The notes beneath the pieces were generated by a model. It saw only the letters and a program-made list of their open reading frames with translations, was not told the origin of the DNA and did not search any database. A DNA stretch of 60,856 nt, the filler included, from Globobulimina sp. (Eukaryota): assembly GCA_003354225.1 (NCBI GenBank). It is 18 parts of 18 records of this genome, joined end to end, with 100 filler letters (N's around TTAATTAATTAA, not from the genome) between each part and the next. Parts side by side here need not be neighbours in the genome. Positions count along the whole stretch, not along the records: positions 54,189 to 57,472 come from PIVH01003196.1; positions 57,573 to 60,856 come from PIVH01003197.1; 16 more parts are not named here. The stretch is one strand, 5' to 3'. Both the position numbers and the translations under genes were made by a program. Shown here one piece after another: positions 56,491 through 60,856 of the stretch; the first letter of the stretch is position 1; each line of letters opens with the position of its first letter.

Positions 56491-56538
56491 ATTTTACATT
56501 TTCTTTGCATCCTTTCGTCTCAAAAACGGTATTAAAAT

Positions 56539-57472
56539 ATGAAACAACATTCTAAAAACAAATGGAACAGTCAAAGAATCAGCAAACGCTTCAAAAATCG
56601 CCATCTTAATGACCAATACAAAGAGTATGTATTTTTCTTCTCCACTTCTTTTATTTTCCACCAATATAAAAATACTGAAAATACAAGTAAATGTATGGTG
56701 CCAAAAGAAAATGCTAATGCATACATTAGAAACTGTCAACACGACGCCACACAATCTATTGTCGATGTATATAATGCCATCCCCTCTTGGAGTTGCAAAC
56801 AATGCACATTCTATAACACTGAAAACAATTCGTATTGTACAATCTGCGAATTTCCTTTCAATTCAAACACTGATCCTGCAGCTTGCAACAGCCACAGCGG
56901 CCAAAATCAAATTGTTTTGGGTGATTATTTAGATCCAATATTCAATCAAATCGAATCAAAGCAAGACGACTTTGATCAACAAATACAATTTGCGATAGCA
57001 TTATCCCTCCAAAACCCCACCGATTCAGACGACACTGACGATATCGATACTGCATCAACTTCGACATCCGACAGCAGCAACACTTCGATTATAAACCCTA
57101 AAAAACGAAAAACTAAACAACACCGCATTAGCTTTGCATCATATTGGCTTGGAATGCGTGAATACAACGCAATGTTTGAAAAGAATTTAAAATATATCAT
57201 GAAACAAAATAAATTAAGAATGGACAATGGAACGGATAGTTTGAATGTAGTCTGGCGAAATCATGGCAAAATGAGTGCTGCGGCATATGGTGTTATCACA
57301 AAGCATGCCGGTTTAATGGATGCGGTGCCATCAATTCAAAAAATATATGAATGGTTAGGCGTACGCTGGAATGTCCGTGAATTTAGCATTGAAAATATTA
57401 TAAATCGTGCGGTTTTGTCGAAATTTACAGCTTTTCGAGGGGTAAAAAGAGGACAATTACAAATTGTATATC
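56539..57472 (+). CDS. NZF/RanBP2 zinc finger plus UIM protein, 3'-partial; possibly continues into a PARP-like domain
   Basis: 'WSCKQCTFYN.....CTIC'; UIM 'FDQQIQFAIALSLQ'; truncated at 'IENIINRAVLSKF...QIVY'. Confidence 0.7.
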
Positions 57473-57583
57473 NNNNNNNNNNNNNNNNNNNNNNNNNNNN
57501 NNNNNNNNNNNNNNNNTTAATTAATTAANNNNNNNNNNNNNNNNNNNNNNNNNNNNNNNNNNNNNNNNNNNNCCCTTAGGAAA

Positions 57584-57732
57584 AATCATACAATTATGAT
57601 CATATTTGCCTGACAAACCCTCTCCTATAGTCATACATGTATGATTTTTGATATGATTTTTATAGTCATACATAATTCATTATCTCGGACGAGATCCCCT
57701 TTATTTCATACAATGATCATAATTGTATGATT
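57584..57732. repeat. Perfect 20-bp inverted repeat with internal direct repeats (MITE-like)
   Basis: aatcatacaattatgatcat (57584-57603) and atgatcataattgtatgatt (57713-57732); 'tatagtcatacat' occurs twice inside. Confidence 0.7.
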
Positions 57733-58100
57733 CTGCGTCTTATAGCAGTTATCTCTGTATTAATAAAATGTTTTCTTTTAACATTTTATTTATAATATAT
57801 TTTCCTTCCAGCGAATTCAATTAGCAATATGTAGTTTCCATGAAAGAAAAAAAAAACATTAAATAAATGATACATATTATGCATCAAATAGATATTTCCG
57901 ATTTAATACTGTAATCAACAAAAAACCATATACAAACCATATACAGATCCCTATGTATGTATCCATTGATATTTGACAATATCTTCCCTTTTCTTCTTTT
58001 TTGGACAGTATTTGGGTCAACTTCTGTAGCTAAATTAGCATATTTAAAATGTGAAGTTTTTCAGTTTGCAAAGCCACAGCTAAAAAAACGCAATACGTTG

Positions 58101-60395
58101 ATGGGCAACTCCAAATCCAATGTATGCTTTTATGTTAGTTAGTAATGATTTGACGTTAACTGTGTGTTGCACCATGCACAGAATAAGCAAAATCTACAAA
58201 ATTTGCGAAACGAGCAAGTCTCTGCGCATATTGGCTCAGTGTCAGTTGTATCGTCATCGTCAAATATGTACAGAAGAAATACTAAAACCCAGTGGACGCA
58301 GCAACAATTGTTACAATATCAACATGAGCTCGAAAAGGAACTGCAAAGACAACAAACTTTACCGACAAACAATACTAATAATAATAATAACATATTTACG
58401 TGCTGCTGCACGATGAGCTCGAGGGTCAGTCAAATCATTATTGATTTCCTTTTCCTTTTCTTTTTCTTTTCCTTTTCCAATACAAAATATATTAAAATAA
58501 TTAAGAGTCAAAACAGAATTGAACACGAACCCCAACACCAACACCAACAAGAACACCAAACCGAAGCCGAAGAAGAAAGAGAAAGCAATAAAAAAACAAA
58601 TATGATCAAAATAATTGAAGTCGATTTGAATATTAATAAACAAGAAGCAGAAGAAGAGGAAGAAGAGGAGTCATTTACTGAGAGATTGGTTAAAATAGAA
58701 AAGAATGAGTTGAATTCGGCAGTGGTTGACACAACGAATGCTTTTTTAGAGTTGTTACAGTTGGATACAATGAGTAAACATCTCGAAGAGATGAGGGATC
58801 GGCGCATGTTTTTGGAGAAAGCCGCCAATGACATCGATCTGCCTCAGGAAGAGAGGGAAATCGCGGCCTGGATCACCGACACTTATTTGTCGAAATCGCC
58901 CACCACCAATTACACCCAAACCATTTTGGAAAATATTATTAACAAACAATTGCGTACAACGACCATAAACACCGCAATAATTTTAAAGGAAGAAAAAGAA
59001 AAAAAGGAAAAAGAAAAGGAAGAAAAGCAAGAAATCAAATTATCGGCGGATGCCATGAATGAGATAATATTGTCGATAAATAGTAATATTTTATCGTTAA
59101 ATGCAGACAAAATCAGCACTTTATTGTCATCAATCAATGAGTGGAATTTTAATGTGTTTGACTTTGTGGAGTTATGCGATAAGTCGTCATTGAGTTTGTT
59201 GATGGTGACAATTTGTGGCAGTAAGCAGATTTTGAGCAATTTGCACATTGATAGGCAATGCTTGGTGCGTTATATGGATTTGATTGATGTGAATTATTTG
59301 CAAAACCCGTATCATAATCATATCCATGCTTGCGATGTGCTGCTGAACATGTATTACTTTATGAGGTCGTCGATCTTTGTGCGCAACATCTCCTTTTTGG
59401 ACTGTTTCAGCGTATTAATCGCGGCGTGCGTCCACGACGTCGGGCATCCGGGGCACGGCAACTCGTTTGAGATCAACACAGAGTCGGCTTTGGCGGTGAC
59501 GTACAACGACCAGTCTGTCTTGGAAAATATGCACATCTCTTTGGCGTGGAAGCTGTTAAAAAGCGCCGGCAGCGAAAACATCCTATCCTCGCTTTCTAAA
59601 TTAGAGTCTCGTCGGTTTCGATTGATTTTAATTTCCTCCGTGTTGGCCACCGATATGAGTCAACATTCGTTGCATTCGCAGACTTTGGACAAATTGGTGG
59701 ATAAATACGAGTCCTTTGATAGCGGCGACATCCCTCGCCTCGAAAAGGAGAAGTTTGCCGACGATTTCCTGCCGATCGCGTTGCATACCGCAGATTTGGG
59801 CAATTTGTGCAAAGAAACCAAGACTTACAATGAATGGGTGGACCGTTTAATGAATGAGTTTTTTAATCAGGGCGATGCTGAGAGACAGCTCGGAATTGCC
59901 CCAATATCCTTTTTATGCGACCGCGAAAAAGTAAATATCCATTCGGGACAGGTTGGTTTTATTAATTTTGTCATTCGACCGTGGTTTATTAAATTTGGCC
60001 GCTTATTGTCTGAACATAGCCATAATGCGCTGTTCCTCAACTTATTGAATGAAAACTTGAAATATATGCAAGAGCGCGCCAATCAGACAAAAGACGCTCA
60101 GGAAGAAATTAAAAAGAACCAACATTTACTGGCCTCAAACCTAGACATTGTTTCTCATGAAAGCAGAGATCAAATAAAACCATTAGCCACCATTCCAAAA
60201 CCAAACATTATCCCCGTTGATATTAACAATATTCCATTAATTCCAAATCCGCGGACATCAAAATCATACTCGATTGTTGCTATGAGTTTTGGTGAAATCA
60301 AATCAAAATTGCTTGAATATGAACAAAAACTCCTTTGTGATAAACATAATAAAAATAATGGCGACTTGTTAGACGGAAATGATTCAAATGAATGA
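58101..60395 (+). CDS. Class I 3',5'-cyclic nucleotide phosphodiesterase, N-myristoylated. Exons 58101-58121, 58182-58424, 58506-60395
   Basis: YHNHIHACDV, HDVGHPG..N, LENMH, ATDM, HTADLGN, EFFNQGD, QVGFI. A micro-exon MGNSKSN is joined by phase-0 intron 58122-58181. A probable stop-free intron lies at 58425-58505. Confidence 0.95.
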
Positions 60396-60856
60396 ATGAG
60401 TGCTTTTGTGAAATTAAAATATATATATTTGTTTTGTTTTTTTTTGATTACTTTTCAACACTTTCGAATGTTGACAATGAACGATGGTTTTTGCAAAGTC
60501 AATTGGAAATATCTCACTAAAAGGCAACTTCCATAAACCTCGTGCACCACTCGTGATTTTTATTGTAGACTGAGTATAAAGAGGAGCTGCAAAATATTGA
60601 TATATACTCTAAGTAAACAACATCCTGCAAACAATTGACTGTAGTCAACTAACTTTTTTCTAAGAGCTAGTTTTTAAAACTTCGAAAAACACTTAGTGCA
60701 TTGCATGCTAGGAGCGTGGATTAATAAAAAGTACTCATTCCACACCTCTCTATGCATGTATATGCAATCCAAAAGTCATTTGAAAAATAAACCTCTACAT
60801 AGAAATTCAATAATGGAAAATACAAGAAATAAGAAAAATGTGCACCTAGCTCATTT

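Larger units (their letters stand above)
3289..57572. other. 17 artificial 100-bp contig linkers (N44-TTAATTAATTAA-N44)
   Basis: Identical spacers with six-frame stops start at 3289, 6677, 10065, 13453, 16841, 20229, 23616, 27003, 30389, 33775, 37161, 40547, 43933, 47319, 50704, 54089 and 57473. Intervening contigs decrease from 3288 to 3284 bp. Confidence 0.99.

Noticed and set aside
3289-57572. Regular ~3.39-kb periodicity and repeated TTAATTAATTAA motif (nanochromosome- or telomere-like)
   Set aside because: Synthetic linker between length-sorted contigs. ORF ends such as 'XXXLIN' are artefacts.
768-60082. Many short antisense or overlapping ORFs in the track (e.g. 7776-8144, 43014-43436, 58508-59650)
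   Set aside because: Shadows of real genes or low-complexity sequence, with no independent motifs.
1-60856. A multi-gene cluster or operon spanning the window (e.g. RT + deaminase + ART as one defence island)
   Set aside because: The genes lie on separate contigs, so adjacency is artificial.
1-60856. Alternative genetic code, rRNA or tRNA genes
   Set aside because: Long ORFs read in the standard code, and TAA, TAG and TGA all occur as terminators. I recognised no structural RNA genes by eye; a covariance-model scan was not run.

Overview
This window is not one locus. It is 18 unrelated ~3.28-kb contigs (3288 down to 3284 bp, sorted by length) joined by 17 artificial 100-bp linkers (N44-TTAATTAATTAA-N44), so neighbourhood across a linker carries no information. 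The DNA is AT-rich, gene-dense and eukaryotic: standard code, short GT-AG introns of mostly 52-81 nt, intergenic gaps down to 37-48 bp. The gene content suggests a protist, most plausibly a foraminiferan (Rhizaria); this is inference only. Recognisable genes: a PLS-type PPR protein with an intact DYW cytidine-deaminase domain, two more PPR proteins, an OPR/HPR/FASTK-like protein, a sulfotransferase, an ABCA transporter, a TRP-channel C-terminus, a non-LTR retroelement RT-RNase H, a pseudo-caspase-SAM protein, a histidine phosphatase, a BEACH/WDFY3-like gene with an EF-hand gene nested antisense in its intron, an F-box protein, 7TM-RGS, a sterol C4-methyl oxidase-like enzyme, a BBE-like FAD oxidase, a cyclin, a SNF2 ATPase with PHD/CW fingers, a ZnF-ADP-ribosyltransferase-like protein, an MFS transporter, an atypical kinase, an NZF-UIM protein, a class I PDE, and RecQ and Kazal pseudogenes. 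The strongest lead is a plant-like organellar RNA-editing toolkit (PPR-E-DYW plus an apparent PPR expansion) in a non-plant protist. Further leads are two homologous neighbouring introns in the same CATG|GAC context (intron copying), introns with T-rich 5' and A-rich 3' ends, a nested antisense gene, and an inverted-repeat-flanked decayed Kazal gene. All family calls are motif recognition by eye; no searches were run.
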